Shown: positions 40,225-51,140, numbered from the stretch's first letter. The stretch is 64,000 bases of DNA from Gammaproteobacteria bacterium (GCA_021647705.1 JAKIUF010000004.1:74878-138877); one strand, 5' to 3'. The notes: generated by a model from the letters alone, not told the origin. Made by a program: numbers and translations.

Positions 40225-42027
40225 ATGCCATCAAAAATAAACCTGGGGATAACCCTGTTATTACTTTTTTTTCCATTGCTGGTAAATGCTGAGGAGTACC
40301 GGGTACAGGTAAGCGATCTGATCCAGGTATCACTACCGGGTGAAAAAACCCTGGAAAAACCCATCAGCGTGAATCGACAAGGCAGTATCTTGTTACCCGA
40401 AATAGGCCTTATACCGGTAGCTGGTATAACCGAATCCGAAATGAAAATACGGGTCACTGATCACCTAAGCAATGTATTTCGTGACCTAACTCATTTACAA
40501 GTTTATGTCTATAAAAAACAATTGCTAATAAATGTATCAGGATATGTAAATCGACCGGGCGAGTTTACATTAGAAGCCAACGGATCAATACAAATGGCAC
40601 TTCATGCCGCCGATGGGCTACGCACCGGGGCACAACTGGACCGTATACAATTGATTCGCGACGGTACTACCCAAGTGTTTAATTATAAACAATACCTCGA
40701 TAGCGGAAATCATAGCTCACTACCTAAACTGAAGTCTCTGGATACCCTTTTCATACCCGCATCACCCATGACAGGGAATGTTGAAGTAGACTTTGACCCA
40801 TCCAAAATTGCAGATGCCGGTGATGCTGCTGATAACCGCAATGCGGTCAAAATATTTGGGGAAGTAAACCGGCCGGGTAGCTTTTCTCACCGGAAGTCGA
40901 TGAACATTGTCGATCTGCTTATGCGTGCTGGAGGTGTTACTCGTCATGCTGGGGTTGAACAAATCCGGGTAATCACTCAAGGCACACCTGTTTTGTTTGA
41001 TCTGACACAATACCTTGATACCGGTGACGAAAAATTTTTACCCATAATGATGCCGGGTGCTACCATTTTTGTCCCGCGACAAGAGGATGAAATAAAAACC
41101 GGTGAAAACCGGATTTATGTAATGGGTGCGGTCGCCCGACCCGGTGCATTCCAAGGTAAAGAGGGGGCCACATTAATGGATGTGCTGGCCAATGCAGGTG
41201 GGCCAACACGTTTCGCCGAATCAGAACAGATTCGCATTATAAAAACCAACGGTAATATCATCCCGTTTAATCTGGTTGGCTACATGGAAGGCACAACCTC
41301 CCTCCCGCTCCCCGAAATTACACCGGGTGATGCCATTTTCATCCCCGAAAAAAGAAATAGCAATGATAAAAAATCACAATGGATACACCAGGCCTCAGAA
41401 AAATCCATTTACATCTTTGGCCAGGTCGGCTCACCAGGTCGATATGTATTTACTGATGCTATGCATTTTCTGGATATTCTTTCCGCTGCTGATGGCCCTA
41501 CAGGTAATGCCGATATTCACAATATCCGCATTAGTCATCGTAATGCTAAACATGCCCGGGTCAGTAAATTAAATCTGGCATTGTATTTTGAAACCGGTGA
41601 TGAATATCTATTACCTTCAGTAAAAACAGGGGATACTATTTATGTGCCAGAAAAAAACCGCATTTGGCTGGATCAAAGCAAAGAAACTACAATACGTGTA
41701 CTCGGTGCCGTTAATAAACCAGGACGCTATCGCTTCAACAACAGCATGACCCTGCTCGATCTACTTGCAGAAGCTGGCGGCCCAAGCTCAAATGCATATG
41801 TTAAAAAAATTACTGTGGTAAATCTCTCATGTTGCCGGGATCAGGCCCGCAGTTTCGATTTAGCAAAATTCAGCCGTACCGCATCCTTTGCAGACTTACC
41901 CGTATTGCGAGTCGGTGACACCGTATATGTACCCAGCAAAGATGAAAGCACTCTGGAAAAAATGCGCGCCGGCTTGAATGATATATTTCAGCTGACTGCA
42001 CTCTCTGCACTGCTAGGCTTTCTCTAA
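40225..42027 (+). CDS. sypC: Polysaccharide export protein with SLBB repeats, SypC-like
   Basis: Poly_export N-terminus plus repeated G.V..PG / L...AGG / GD.I.VP modules. Confidence 0.85.
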   Translation: MPSKINLGITLLLLFFPLLVNAEEYRVQVSDLIQVSLPGEKTLEKPISVNRQGSILLPEIGLIPVAGITESEMKIRVTDHLSNVFRDLTHLQVYVYKKQLLINVSGYVNRPGEFTLEANGSIQMALHAADGLRTGAQLDRIQLIRDGTTQVFNYKQYLDSGNHSSLPKLKSLDTLFIPASPMTGNVEVDFDPSKIADAGDAADNRNAVKIFGEVNRPGSFSHRKSMNIVDLLMRAGGVTRHAGVEQIRVITQGTPVLFDLTQYLDTGDEKFLPIMMPGATIFVPRQEDEIKTGENRIYVMGAVARPGAFQGKEGATLMDVLANAGGPTRFAESEQIRIIKTNGNIIPFNLVGYMEGTTSLPLPEITPGDAIFIPEKRNSNDKKSQWIHQASEKSIYIFGQVGSPGRYVFTDAMHFLDILSAADGPTGNADIHNIRISHRNAKHARVSKLNLALYFETGDEYLLPSVKTGDTIYVPEKNRIWLDQSKETTIRVLGAVNKPGRYRFNNSMTLLDLLAEAGGPSSNAYVKKITVVNLSCCRDQARSFDLAKFSRTASFADLPVLRVGDTVYVPSKDESTLEKMRAGLNDIFQLTALSALLGFL

Positions 42028-42734
42028 TGCATATCCCATCACAACACATCGAAATCGAACGAATTTACTCCCAGGTTCTCGGCGAAGGAAAACGCTCGAT
42101 AGCCATCAGTTCGGCAAACTCCGGTGAAGGTGTAAGTTCCCTTGCCCAGGCATTGGTACAACGTAATCTTCTGGCCGGTCATTCCACACTGCTGGTTGAC
42201 CTTAATTTACATCATCCTTCTCTCAGCAGCCTGCTCAAACTGGACGAATCGGAACAGGAGGCGGACCTGCTTGATAAACCACAACTGGTTACCGTACAAC
42301 AATCCATTGCATTAACCGGAGTCACTCCTCCAACCCATCGCAGTCTAGTGATGAAACTGCGCAAACCTGGCGTGCTCGAACAATATATCGCAGAGTGGCA
42401 ACAGACATATGATGCTGTAATTTTCGACACGTCACCCATTAATCGCACTAATGCCAACAATATTCCGCCAGAACGGGTTGCTGCTGCCTGTGATGGCAGT
42501 TTGCTGGTTGTGTTGGCAGGCAGTACGACCGAAGCAATGGTTTCCACCGCAGTGAATAAACTAAATGCCGCAGGCGCACAATTATTGGCTTGCATATACA
42601 ATGATCGTGATAACTCTTCCCTCAAAAGTGAATTACTCCGCGAACTTCATCGCCTGGAACCACGTTTCAGTAATATTTCTCATCGTCTCAAAAATTGGGT
42701 GCAACAGAATCAACTACTTTCTATGGAAACCTGA
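42027..42734 (+). CDS. sypD: SypD-like Wzc/ParA-type P-loop protein
   Basis: EIERIY, degenerate Walker A SGEGVSS, LLVDLN, IFDTSP. Confidence 0.8.
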   Translation: MHIPSQHIEIERIYSQVLGEGKRSIAISSANSGEGVSSLAQALVQRNLLAGHSTLLVDLNLHHPSLSSLLKLDESEQEADLLDKPQLVTVQQSIALTGVTPPTHRSLVMKLRKPGVLEQYIAEWQQTYDAVIFDTSPINRTNANNIPPERVAAACDGSLLVVLAGSTTEAMVSTAVNKLNAAGAQLLACIYNDRDNSSLKSELLRELHRLEPRFSNISHRLKNWVQQNQLLSMET

Positions 42735-42778
42735 AAAGGCGATCACTCAGGTGCCACAAAACTATTAACGGGATAATC

Positions 42779-44320
42779 ATGGATCGCCTACTATTTGAAA
42801 CTCAAAAACCAGTTACGCTGGAAGCAGTCCGTGAATTACGCCACCTGCTTGAGCCGGTTGTACAGGCCACTGTACCTGACCTTTCCATTCAACATCGTAT
42901 TTTGCTCTGCCTTTCTGAAGCAGTGACAAATCTCGTTTTACATGCCGCTCCCAAAGCAAACCTAGTCACTATGTGTTTTGGGCTCAATAGCTATGGATGG
43001 TGGCTGGAACTCCTGGACGATGGTGCATCATGGGATCCATCCCAACATAAACCAATCCATACCCAAAATCAGTTTGAATTGAGTGAACATGGGCGAGGTA
43101 CTTCTCTGCTACACACACAATGCGAACGAATGAAATATTATTCTGGTGATACTGAAAAGCCCAATCAATTACGAATGATCTGGGCAACACCGAAACAGCA
43201 CCTTCGTCCAACTATCTTGATAGTAGAAGACGATGCGTCTTTACGCCGAGTCTATGCCGCTTATCTTACTGAAGATTTCGAGCTACGCATGGCATCCAAT
43301 GGTCATGAAGCACTACAACAATTAAATACCAATAAAATTGATTTGGTTTTATCAGATATTAACATGCCACAGATGAGCGGATTTTCCTTACGGAAAAACC
43401 TGAAACAAGCATCGGGCACAAATATAATGCCCTTTATATTTTTAACTGCTTTTAATGATGCTCACATGCAAAAACAGGCAGCAAGCTTGGGTATTGATGA
43501 TTATTTGGTAAAGCCCGTTGATAAAACACAATTGGTTCACACGATTAACCGTGTGTTAGGACGTTCACAACAAATATATCGACACCTGACAGACCGAATA
43601 GATAAAAATATTACATCATCACTGGCTCCGAAATTACCGGATAAATCACACGGCTGGCGTCTTTGTTTTGCCAACCGTCATACAGGCATTGGTGGGGGAG
43701 ATTTACTCCTACACCGAAGCAGTGAAGAACAATTGGTACTTGTGTTAATTGATATCATGGGCCATGACGACTGTGCTAAGTTTTTTGCTTACGCTTATGG
43801 AGGATATCTTCGCGGATTAATGCACAGCAGTGCAACCGACATATCTCCTTCACAGTTATTGGAAAAACTATCAGAAAGTGCGCTACAGGATGAATTGTTG
43901 TCACAAGTGACATTAACCAGCTGCGTGGTAACTCTTTCACCAGGAGGGAAAATAACACTGGCCAGTGCAGGCCACCCACCGCCACTTATAATCAGTAAAA
44001 ACGGCACTGAAGCAATACCCATTGGCGGCATACTACCTGGCCTTTTGCCCGCCACAACGTATCAAACAAAATCCATACACCTTGCAAATGGGGAGCGTGT
44101 AGCCCTTTATACTGATGGTCTGTTCGAATCAGCTGAAGACAGTGATACCCGAAAAAAACTGGAATCCCGCATAACCACTGCGTTAACAGATACTCTCAAC
44201 AACCCCATTGAACAATCGATACAGACAGCTATGGACGTATTTGATGAACTTGCAGGAACCCCCCCCAAAGATGACACATTATTATTATTAATGGAGAAGA
44301 TAAAACCTTGCCCAATATAA
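42779..44320 (+). CDS. sypE: SypE-like protein: RsbW-type Ser kinase + REC + PP2C/SpoIIE phosphatase
   Basis: LSEAVTNLVLH, DDG, EHGRG; VEDD..SDINMP..KP; GGD, DIMGH, SAGHP, YTDGL, DD. Confidence 0.85.
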   Translation: MDRLLFETQKPVTLEAVRELRHLLEPVVQATVPDLSIQHRILLCLSEAVTNLVLHAAPKANLVTMCFGLNSYGWWLELLDDGASWDPSQHKPIHTQNQFELSEHGRGTSLLHTQCERMKYYSGDTEKPNQLRMIWATPKQHLRPTILIVEDDASLRRVYAAYLTEDFELRMASNGHEALQQLNTNKIDLVLSDINMPQMSGFSLRKNLKQASGTNIMPFIFLTAFNDAHMQKQAASLGIDDYLVKPVDKTQLVHTINRVLGRSQQIYRHLTDRIDKNITSSLAPKLPDKSHGWRLCFANRHTGIGGGDLLLHRSSEEQLVLVLIDIMGHDDCAKFFAYAYGGYLRGLMHSSATDISPSQLLEKLSESALQDELLSQVTLTSCVVTLSPGGKITLASAGHPPPLIISKNGTEAIPIGGILPGLLPATTYQTKSIHLANGERVALYTDGLFESAEDSDTRKKLESRITTALTDTLNNPIEQSIQTAMDVFDELAGTPPKDDTLLLLMEKIKPCPI

Positions 44321-44420
44321 AATAAAATCATTGGTTGATATTCAGTGGAGCAAGCTGTTTCTCGTTCACGAATCACAACATGATAACAAGAAAAATATAT
44401 TAAAAAATTCCAAATACCGT

Positions 44421-44480
44421 GAATCTCTGCATTCCTTGCGTCTTCGCACCTTTGCTTTGCTTTGCATTTTCATTATTCAG
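44421..44480. repeat. CGCAGAG-type repeat half overlapping the 3' end of the 772-aa gene
   Basis: CTCTGCATTCCTTGCGTCTTCGC...TTTTCATTATTCAG matches 29080-29124. Confidence 0.6.
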
Positions 44481-46791
44481 ATTTCACAAGTACAGCACCC
44501 TCATACCCGGTTAGACTAATCGTATTAGTGGCGGCTGTGAGTGTTCCATCATAATTTACACGACGGTAATAGCCGGGCAATACAAGTTCATGTGTAACGG
44601 ACATGAATTCTGGGTCACCACCAAAGAAATCAGTATGATACAAAACAAGGCCATTAGTGTAATCACGAGCAATAATCATTTGTTGCGGAAAATTAACACC
44701 ACCAATGGATTTTTTATCGTCTGATTGCCAAGCGTAGTAAATGTTCGACGGAGTCACTGGCACAGAACCCACCTGGTCAAACGTGGCTATACCTGGGTGA
44801 GCTAATACTAACTGAGTGCTATCACCTATCACCGCATAGTCATTATCTGTTGTTTTTGCTGTATAACGCAAAGGCTGAACAGTTTGATCAGGCCACTCTT
44901 GAACCTTTTTTGCAGGACTTCCGATATCGACAGATAACATGAGAGATGGTTGGTAAGCAATATTCTTAGGGATTCCTGGTTGATAAAAATTCCCTTCTTC
45001 AGTATTTCCAGAACCATAGTTATAACTATTATTCCAACTGGTATAAAAAGTTTTCCCAGGAATATTAACTAGATAATACATGGCCAGTCCCGTTGAAATT
45101 CTCGACTCCCAAGCAGTCTTTGTATTCAACATTGGAATAGAACCTGTCCACCCGGCATGAGCAATAATAGTTGTTGTTTTATTGCTTTGTGCCAGAGCAA
45201 AAATATCCCACATTTTTGCTATACCAAAATAACCATCAAGCCCCTGTCCAGGGCGAATATAATCTTCACGAAGAAACGTATCAAATACATCAACATATTT
45301 CATTTTGTTATTTCGGAGTGAAAAGATATTTTCCGCTGATGTGTTTGCTGCCACCCAAGAACTCCCTGACACGGACTTTATTTCCCGGATAGTGTCAAGA
45401 AAAGCATCCTGATACTTTTCTTTAAATACCGGATCATCAACCATAAGTCCATGTTCTATCGTTTTACCACCAACTCCGGCAACATTTACCCCCTCAAGTT
45501 TGAAGACATCATCGTTATATGCACCTGCCCGAGAATTTTTAATCCATTCCTGGTTTATGACATTTGCTATAGCTGCCCTGTAGGATGGGTTAAGAAAATC
45601 AGGCCTTTGAAAATTTGAGGTCTTACCCCACATATTACCAAGTGGTGTTACTCTTGATTCATAACGAAACCGTGCGGAAGCTGTCGTATTCACACGACCT
45701 TTAAATTCTGCGGCATCAATATACCCGTCACCATTTTTATCATTTTCCGAATCCCACCCACGAATCAGGCGCTTCTGGTTGAGTTTATTAATATATGGCA
45801 TAAAGTCTTTTATCATAATATCCTGAACAACCGGTTGATCATTAATATCTTCATCAACACGGCATATTTTTACAATATAAAACTTTTTGCCCTCCTTAAT
45901 ATACTTATTCCCAAAAAATTGCCCTGTTTTATTATTTGGGTCATATGTCGCCGCTTTCACCCAGTCACTAGCAGGCTGCCAACTTATGACACCCGAAATT
46001 TTCAACCCGTTAGTACCATCCATCATACCTGAATCACTGGTATTCCATTGATTCACTACACCATTATCGGCATCAATTCCGGAAGGATATTTCACAACCA
46101 ATCGCCCTGTTGTCGCTGTCGATTTCAGCATAAATTCCACTTGGTCAAACTTCTCTGGCATATAAATAAAAACACACCCCCCCTTTTCTGATCCGTTGAA
46201 AGGCTCAATTTCATAAGGGGGAAATTTCCAGACAAGAAACCCCGAGTGATTTTCCTCCGCTGTCCAGCCAGCAATCCATGGGCGTCGGTTTAAGGGTGTA
46301 TATATTGAATGATCTGGATATTGACCCTGAACAATAGTGTCTTCTGCGAAATGAAGAAAGTAACTTTCATAATCCTCACTAACACGTTCAGCATATTCAC
46401 GCAAATCAAACCCGACTGAGGTCGGAGAAAAATCTATTTTTTGAACATATATATAACCAATGTTAATTATATTATCAGCTGCTGACTTATCATAAGTTGA
46501 GCCAAATACAGCATCAGCATGATTCAACTCCCAGTCAATCAGTTGATCTTTTGTTGAAATGGGATACCCCATGGGGTCATAACTGTCAGCGTGATAACCA
46601 GGAATAATCCATGCTGTTAAAGTGGATGGATACACTTCTGTACGAAAGTTGGAATCAGTTACTGGTGCCGTGGCATCAATAGGGGTTTCTTCGCTTGCAC
46701 CCCCTCCACAGGAACTCAACAACGAAACGAAAATTATCATCAATAATAATCTATGAATAAAACGAGGAAATATAACCGGGTCTCTTTGCAT
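44473..46791 (-). CDS. Large hypothetical lipoprotein, possible glycoside-hydrolase-like matrix protein with EF-hand-like loop
   Basis: Lipobox LSSC; DKNGDGYIDAAE; aromatic-rich; GAYNDD and REDY acidic motifs; embedded in the EPS locus. Confidence 0.7.
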   Translation of the reverse strand: MQRDPVIFPRFIHRLLLMIIFVSLLSSCGGGASEETPIDATAPVTDSNFRTEVYPSTLTAWIIPGYHADSYDPMGYPISTKDQLIDWELNHADAVFGSTYDKSAADNIINIGYIYVQKIDFSPTSVGFDLREYAERVSEDYESYFLHFAEDTIVQGQYPDHSIYTPLNRRPWIAGWTAEENHSGFLVWKFPPYEIEPFNGSEKGGCVFIYMPEKFDQVEFMLKSTATTGRLVVKYPSGIDADNGVVNQWNTSDSGMMDGTNGLKISGVISWQPASDWVKAATYDPNNKTGQFFGNKYIKEGKKFYIVKICRVDEDINDQPVVQDIMIKDFMPYINKLNQKRLIRGWDSENDKNGDGYIDAAEFKGRVNTTASARFRYESRVTPLGNMWGKTSNFQRPDFLNPSYRAAIANVINQEWIKNSRAGAYNDDVFKLEGVNVAGVGGKTIEHGLMVDDPVFKEKYQDAFLDTIREIKSVSGSSWVAANTSAENIFSLRNNKMKYVDVFDTFLREDYIRPGQGLDGYFGIAKMWDIFALAQSNKTTTIIAHAGWTGSIPMLNTKTAWESRISTGLAMYYLVNIPGKTFYTSWNNSYNYGSGNTEEGNFYQPGIPKNIAYQPSLMLSVDIGSPAKKVQEWPDQTVQPLRYTAKTTDNDYAVIGDSTQLVLAHPGIATFDQVGSVPVTPSNIYYAWQSDDKKSIGGVNFPQQMIIARDYTNGLVLYHTDFFGGDPEFMSVTHELVLPGYYRRVNYDGTLTAATNTISLTGYEGAVLVKSE

Positions 46792-47122
46792 CGCGATTGC
46801 TCCATTTTTTATTTATTAATGCGGCAACAAATTTTCTGCGGAACTTTTTCCAGCATTAACCATAATAATTTCAGGAAAGTCTTATTTCTTGATACCGCGA
46901 CGGTCTAAAATTACGATAAGATTAAATGATGCATCACCACTATTTGATGAAAAACAGTATAACGAGTTCAGCATTACAATGATATTGTACAAAAAAACAT
47001 TAAAGGCACACATTATGTGCTTTTATCTATTGAAGCTAATGAATGAACAATACTGAGAATAATTTTTGTATTCTTATTACTTAATATTGACAACCAAACG
47101 CAGATAAAACCCTGCCGTTCTT

Positions 47123-47267
47123 TTGCAAAACGCAAAGCAAAATAAAAAATAACTCGCACTAAAATCTCAATTTGATAAAAATATAACAACTAAGCTTTAA
47201 AAAATCTGTAAATCACTAGCCATACAAAGTATATTACAAGAAATGATTCATTGGCACGATAGTTGCT
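47123..47267 (+). promoter_or_regulatory. sigma54 promoter (consensus) with two upstream activator-like sites
   Basis: TGGCACGATAGTTGCT (47252-47267); TTGCA-AAA-CGCAA (47123-47135) and TCTCA-ATT-TGATA (47165-47177). Confidence 0.85.
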
Positions 47268-47788
47268 AATTTTACCTTGGGTGGGTTCCAGCCATATATA
47301 GATGCTATTAAAGAACCCCTTGGCGTTCATCATCACTAATAAAAATACTCATCATACTCAAGCATGCGTTAATTTTTTCATGCTTGGTTAAGGGTAGACG
47401 AAAAATGTAAGGACCTCCACGGAAGAAAAAAATCCTTGTATAAGCCGATTCCACCACCTTCGGTTCAGAAACTTACCTGTAATAATTCCCCTATCAGGCA
47501 TTCAGGCTTAGTCTGTAATTTTCCTAACTCACCTACTTTTGGTGCTCGTTATAATTTCCTGTTATTTTTAAGGAAAGAAAAACAGACAAGACGATAAAGT
47601 TCTAAATAAATATACAGGGAAATATTTTATTTCAAATTTTTTCATTAAAAAAATAGACGCCAAAAGCAAATGCTTTAGGCAAAAACTGGCTGAACAAAAT
47701 AATCGCAAGGATGCGGAAGGTAGGACGACTCAATAGATAAAACAAAATGGGGAAATAATTACATGCATATTTTAAAGGCAGGTATAAA

Positions 47789-50140
47789 TTGAACCTTTGC
47801 AAACACGGACAAACCCTATTGATCTATATTTCCAGATCAACCCACATACGACGGTGGCCCCTCTGGTTACAACTGGCACTGGCAATGACGATTGTTTTTT
47901 TTCTAGTCAATTTAATTGCTGCATCATTAGTCCGCTATGTGGTCAGTAATTTTGAATTCAAACAGGCGGAAGAACAAAGCCACAATTCTTTTGCGCTTTT
48001 TTCTGTCGCCATCATTGATGCTGTTATCACGGAAGATATACCCTTGATAAACACTGTTGTGGCGCGCTCTTTGGAGCGTATCCCCAACATCACGGCTCTC
48101 TCCATTGAAAGTGAGAAAGGTAAATTATTTGCCAAGCATTCACGAGAAGACACCATAATCAGCAACAATATACGTGACTACCACTACGCTATCGAGCTTG
48201 AAGGAAAGCGATTGGGCACTATTAATATCAGCTGGAATATGGCTCCGATCCAGAAAAAAATAAATCGTCATATAACCAAATTTCAATTATTTATTGCTAC
48301 TATTTTTTCTCTTTTGACCGGCCTGACAATCATACTCATACATTACCTTACCGTTCGCCCGATACATAATGCAACTCACTACCTAACTGCATTGTCAGAG
48401 AATAAACAATCTTTTCCGCTAAAAAATAGGTTCCTTACCAATCGCGAACTAGAGCTCCTCAAAATATCAGCGGACAATTTTGTCCGCATCATGCAACAAC
48501 GTGAGCACGATCTACTACAAACATGCAAAAAATTACAAATTTCCCGTGACGAAACCCTCAATGCCAACCGGGAAAAATCAGATTTTCTGGCTACGGTGAG
48601 CCATGAAATCCGCATTCCGATGAATGCTGTGCTAGGCGTTCTCAGCTTGCTTAAAAACACCTCTCTGGATAATAAACAGCTACAGTTGGTACGCACTGGC
48701 TGTGATTCTGGTGAACTGCTATTGACCATTATCAATGATATTCTCGATTTTTCCAAAATGGAAGCTGACAAATTACAATTAAAGCACACCAGCTTTAATT
48801 TACATCGACTGCTCACCAATAGCGTCGAATTGCTAAAACCACAGGCAGACCAAAAAATGCTGGCCCTCATTCTTTTTTTAGAGGCCGATCTTCCCTGTTA
48901 CGCCAAGGGAGACCCAGATCGCCTGTGCCAAATTCTAATCAACCTGATCAATAATGCCATTAAGTTTACTTCCGTCGGCAGAATCAGCATCAGAGCCTCA
49001 GCAACCTATCTTGGCAATGAAAGCTTTACCTTTCGCTGCTCTGTGCAGGACACAGGCATAGGTATTGCCAAAGACTTCCAGGCATCACTGTTTGAAAAAT
49101 TTACGATGGGAAATCAAAGCCACTCCAGAAACCATGAGGGTACCGGCCTGGGTCTGGCCATCTGTAAACACTTAGTTACTCTTATGCAGGGCAATATCAA
49201 CTTTGACAGCACACCTGGAAATGGCAGCACTTTTACATTTACCATTACACTGGGAACCGCAAACGAGCAGGAAAGCACGGATAGAACGACATTAAATAAA
49301 ATCCAAGAATTACCGACAACTAATACCCGAATTTTACTGGCTGAAGACAATCCGGCCAATCAAATGGTCATCAAAAATATTCTGGAACATGCCGGCCTGC
49401 AAGTGGATATTGCCACCAACGGCCGCGAGGCAATAGAAGCTGTACGCACCCTGCCCTATGATATTGTGCTAATGGATGTTTCTATGCCGGATATGGATGG
49501 TATCAGCGCTACACGAGAAATCCGCCAACTCCCCGGAGAAACCGGAAAACTGCCTATTGTAGCACTCACTGCTCATTCTCTGTCAGGCGATAGAGAACGC
49601 TTTATTCAAGCCGGTATGGATGATTATTTAACCAAACCCATAGACCATATTGCCACCTTGCATTGCATCGCCCGTTGGACAAAAAGCATTAACACCCAAG
49701 AATTGAAAAATGACCGTACAATAAAGCACACCAACCCATCTTCTGCCAATGCCGGGGATGGATATGTTGCCCCATTAGTCGATACAGATATACTACAACA
49801 GTTGGTATATGACACTTCACCAGAAATCATAACTGAATTGTTGACGCTGTATATTAATGATGCCCGTAAACGAATAAAGAAAATACAGGCTGCAATAACA
49901 ACGCCTGATTTCAACATTTTGGAATTTGAAAGCCATACCCTGAGTAGTAGTGCTATCACCCATGGCAACCTTAAACTCCATCACCTTGCGAAAAAAATTG
50001 AACAATTTTGTCAACGGGGTGATTATGAGAAAGTGCTCACATACGCCAGCTCGCTGTCAGCACTTGCGAATGAGTCCTTTATTTCATTAGAAAAATATCG
50101 GTCTACGATAAAGGTGGGACAGGAATCGCCCGAATCTTGA
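47789..50140 (+). CDS. Hybrid sensor kinase (TM-periplasmic-HisKA-HATPase-REC-Hpt), SypF-like; start uncertain
   Basis: SHEIRIPMN, NLINNAIKFT, DTGIG, GTGLGL, AEDN..MDVSMP..KP, Hpt HTLSSS. Confidence 0.9.
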   Translation: MNLCKHGQTLLIYISRSTHIRRWPLWLQLALAMTIVFFLVNLIAASLVRYVVSNFEFKQAEEQSHNSFALFSVAIIDAVITEDIPLINTVVARSLERIPNITALSIESEKGKLFAKHSREDTIISNNIRDYHYAIELEGKRLGTINISWNMAPIQKKINRHITKFQLFIATIFSLLTGLTIILIHYLTVRPIHNATHYLTALSENKQSFPLKNRFLTNRELELLKISADNFVRIMQQREHDLLQTCKKLQISRDETLNANREKSDFLATVSHEIRIPMNAVLGVLSLLKNTSLDNKQLQLVRTGCDSGELLLTIINDILDFSKMEADKLQLKHTSFNLHRLLTNSVELLKPQADQKMLALILFLEADLPCYAKGDPDRLCQILINLINNAIKFTSVGRISIRASATYLGNESFTFRCSVQDTGIGIAKDFQASLFEKFTMGNQSHSRNHEGTGLGLAICKHLVTLMQGNINFDSTPGNGSTFTFTITLGTANEQESTDRTTLNKIQELPTTNTRILLAEDNPANQMVIKNILEHAGLQVDIATNGREAIEAVRTLPYDIVLMDVSMPDMDGISATREIRQLPGETGKLPIVALTAHSLSGDRERFIQAGMDDYLTKPIDHIATLHCIARWTKSINTQELKNDRTIKHTNPSSANAGDGYVAPLVDTDILQQLVYDTSPEIITELLTLYINDARKRIKKIQAAITTPDFNILEFESHTLSSSAITHGNLKLHHLAKKIEQFCQRGDYEKVLTYASSLSALANESFISLEKYRSTIKVGQESPES

Positions 50141-50417
50141 CGATTGTGCCGCTTGCCACCTTCGATATCCAAAAAATAAATAGAAACCTTGAGCTTATGT
50201 GCTTTCTTAAGTTTCTCGTTATCAAGCAAAAGGTTGTCGCCTTTGCCCAAAACATGGTTTTCACTGTGTTTTTCTGTACAAATAGAAACCCAAGAGACTT
50301 CTTGACAGGACTCATTACCCGATCTTGAAAAAATAATGATGGCTAAAGAATGCCCATGTTCCTGAATATTCCCTTGCGACACCAGCTTTTCATATTACCG
50401 ATAAAACTCACCATTAC

Positions 50418-50689
50418 TTGCAAAATGCAAAGCAAATTGAAAATTTGTACCTTTTCAATATTTCGACCTATAAGGGAAACCGCTAAACCAATCAGTATTA
50501 TCCCGAAAAACACTAACAATGCTCCACCTGCTTCTGATCGTCCCCGCGCTGCATAAAAAGCAACCACCCATGCGTGTAAATTCCGTATTTTTCTGTGTTC
50601 CCGAACAAACCAAAGGAAAGCTGAGCATTTATTGTACACTTTCAATGCAGGCCAAATAATTATAGGAACCCATTGGCATGATCATTGCT
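50418..50689 (+). promoter_or_regulatory. sigma54 promoter and perfect LuxO-type box
   Basis: TGGCATGATCATTGCT (50674-50689); TTGCAAAATGCAA (50418-50430). Confidence 0.75.
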
Positions 50690-50741
50690 GACATATTCAA
50701 AAGACCTGTTCCAGTTATTGGCATGTCACGAGGGAACCTCT

Positions 50742-51140
50742 ATGTTTTTTATCGCAAATAAGAAAAAAGTGCTCATTATCGATGATGACCCCAGTCTACA
50801 ACGACTACTGCATGCTCGCCTGGAAAGGCACGAGAATGTAAAGATCATAAAAGCAATGGATGGAAAAAACGGTCTTATACAGGCCAGCCTCCATAATCCT
50901 GATTTAATCATCCTGGACTGGATGTTACCGGACATCCAGGGGATTGAGGTTCTTGAACGCCTCAAATGCGAAAGAAAAACAAAAAACACCCCGGTATTAA
51001 TGCTCACTGGGTGCAATAAAACCGGTAACATCGAAGATGCTTTTTATCTTGGGGCTGATGCTTACCTCACCAAAACTGCTTCTTTACAGATATTAGGAAA
51101 GAAAGTCGATGAAATGCTGAGTTCATCCCGTTCGTATTAG
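50742..51140 (+). CDS. Single-domain response regulator
   Basis: IIDDD, LDWMLP, MLT, YLTK; ATG at 50742. Confidence 0.88.
   Translation: MFFIANKKKVLIIDDDPSLQRLLHARLERHENVKIIKAMDGKNGLIQASLHNPDLIILDWMLPDIQGIEVLERLKCERKTKNTPVLMLTGCNKTGNIEDAFYLGADAYLTKTASLQILGKKVDEMLSSSRSY

Noticed and set aside
47195..47225. Minus-strand sigma54 promoter for the 772-aa gene (TGGCTAGTGATTTACA)
   Set aside because: The -12 position reads AC, not GC, and it is more than 400 bp from the start codon.
47270..47400. Qrr sRNA
   Set aside because: The conserved Qrr core sequence is absent despite the LuxO-like context.
50023..50645. Several short ORFs between the kinase and the REC gene
   Set aside because: They overlap each other, lack motifs and cover an enhancer-containing intergenic region.
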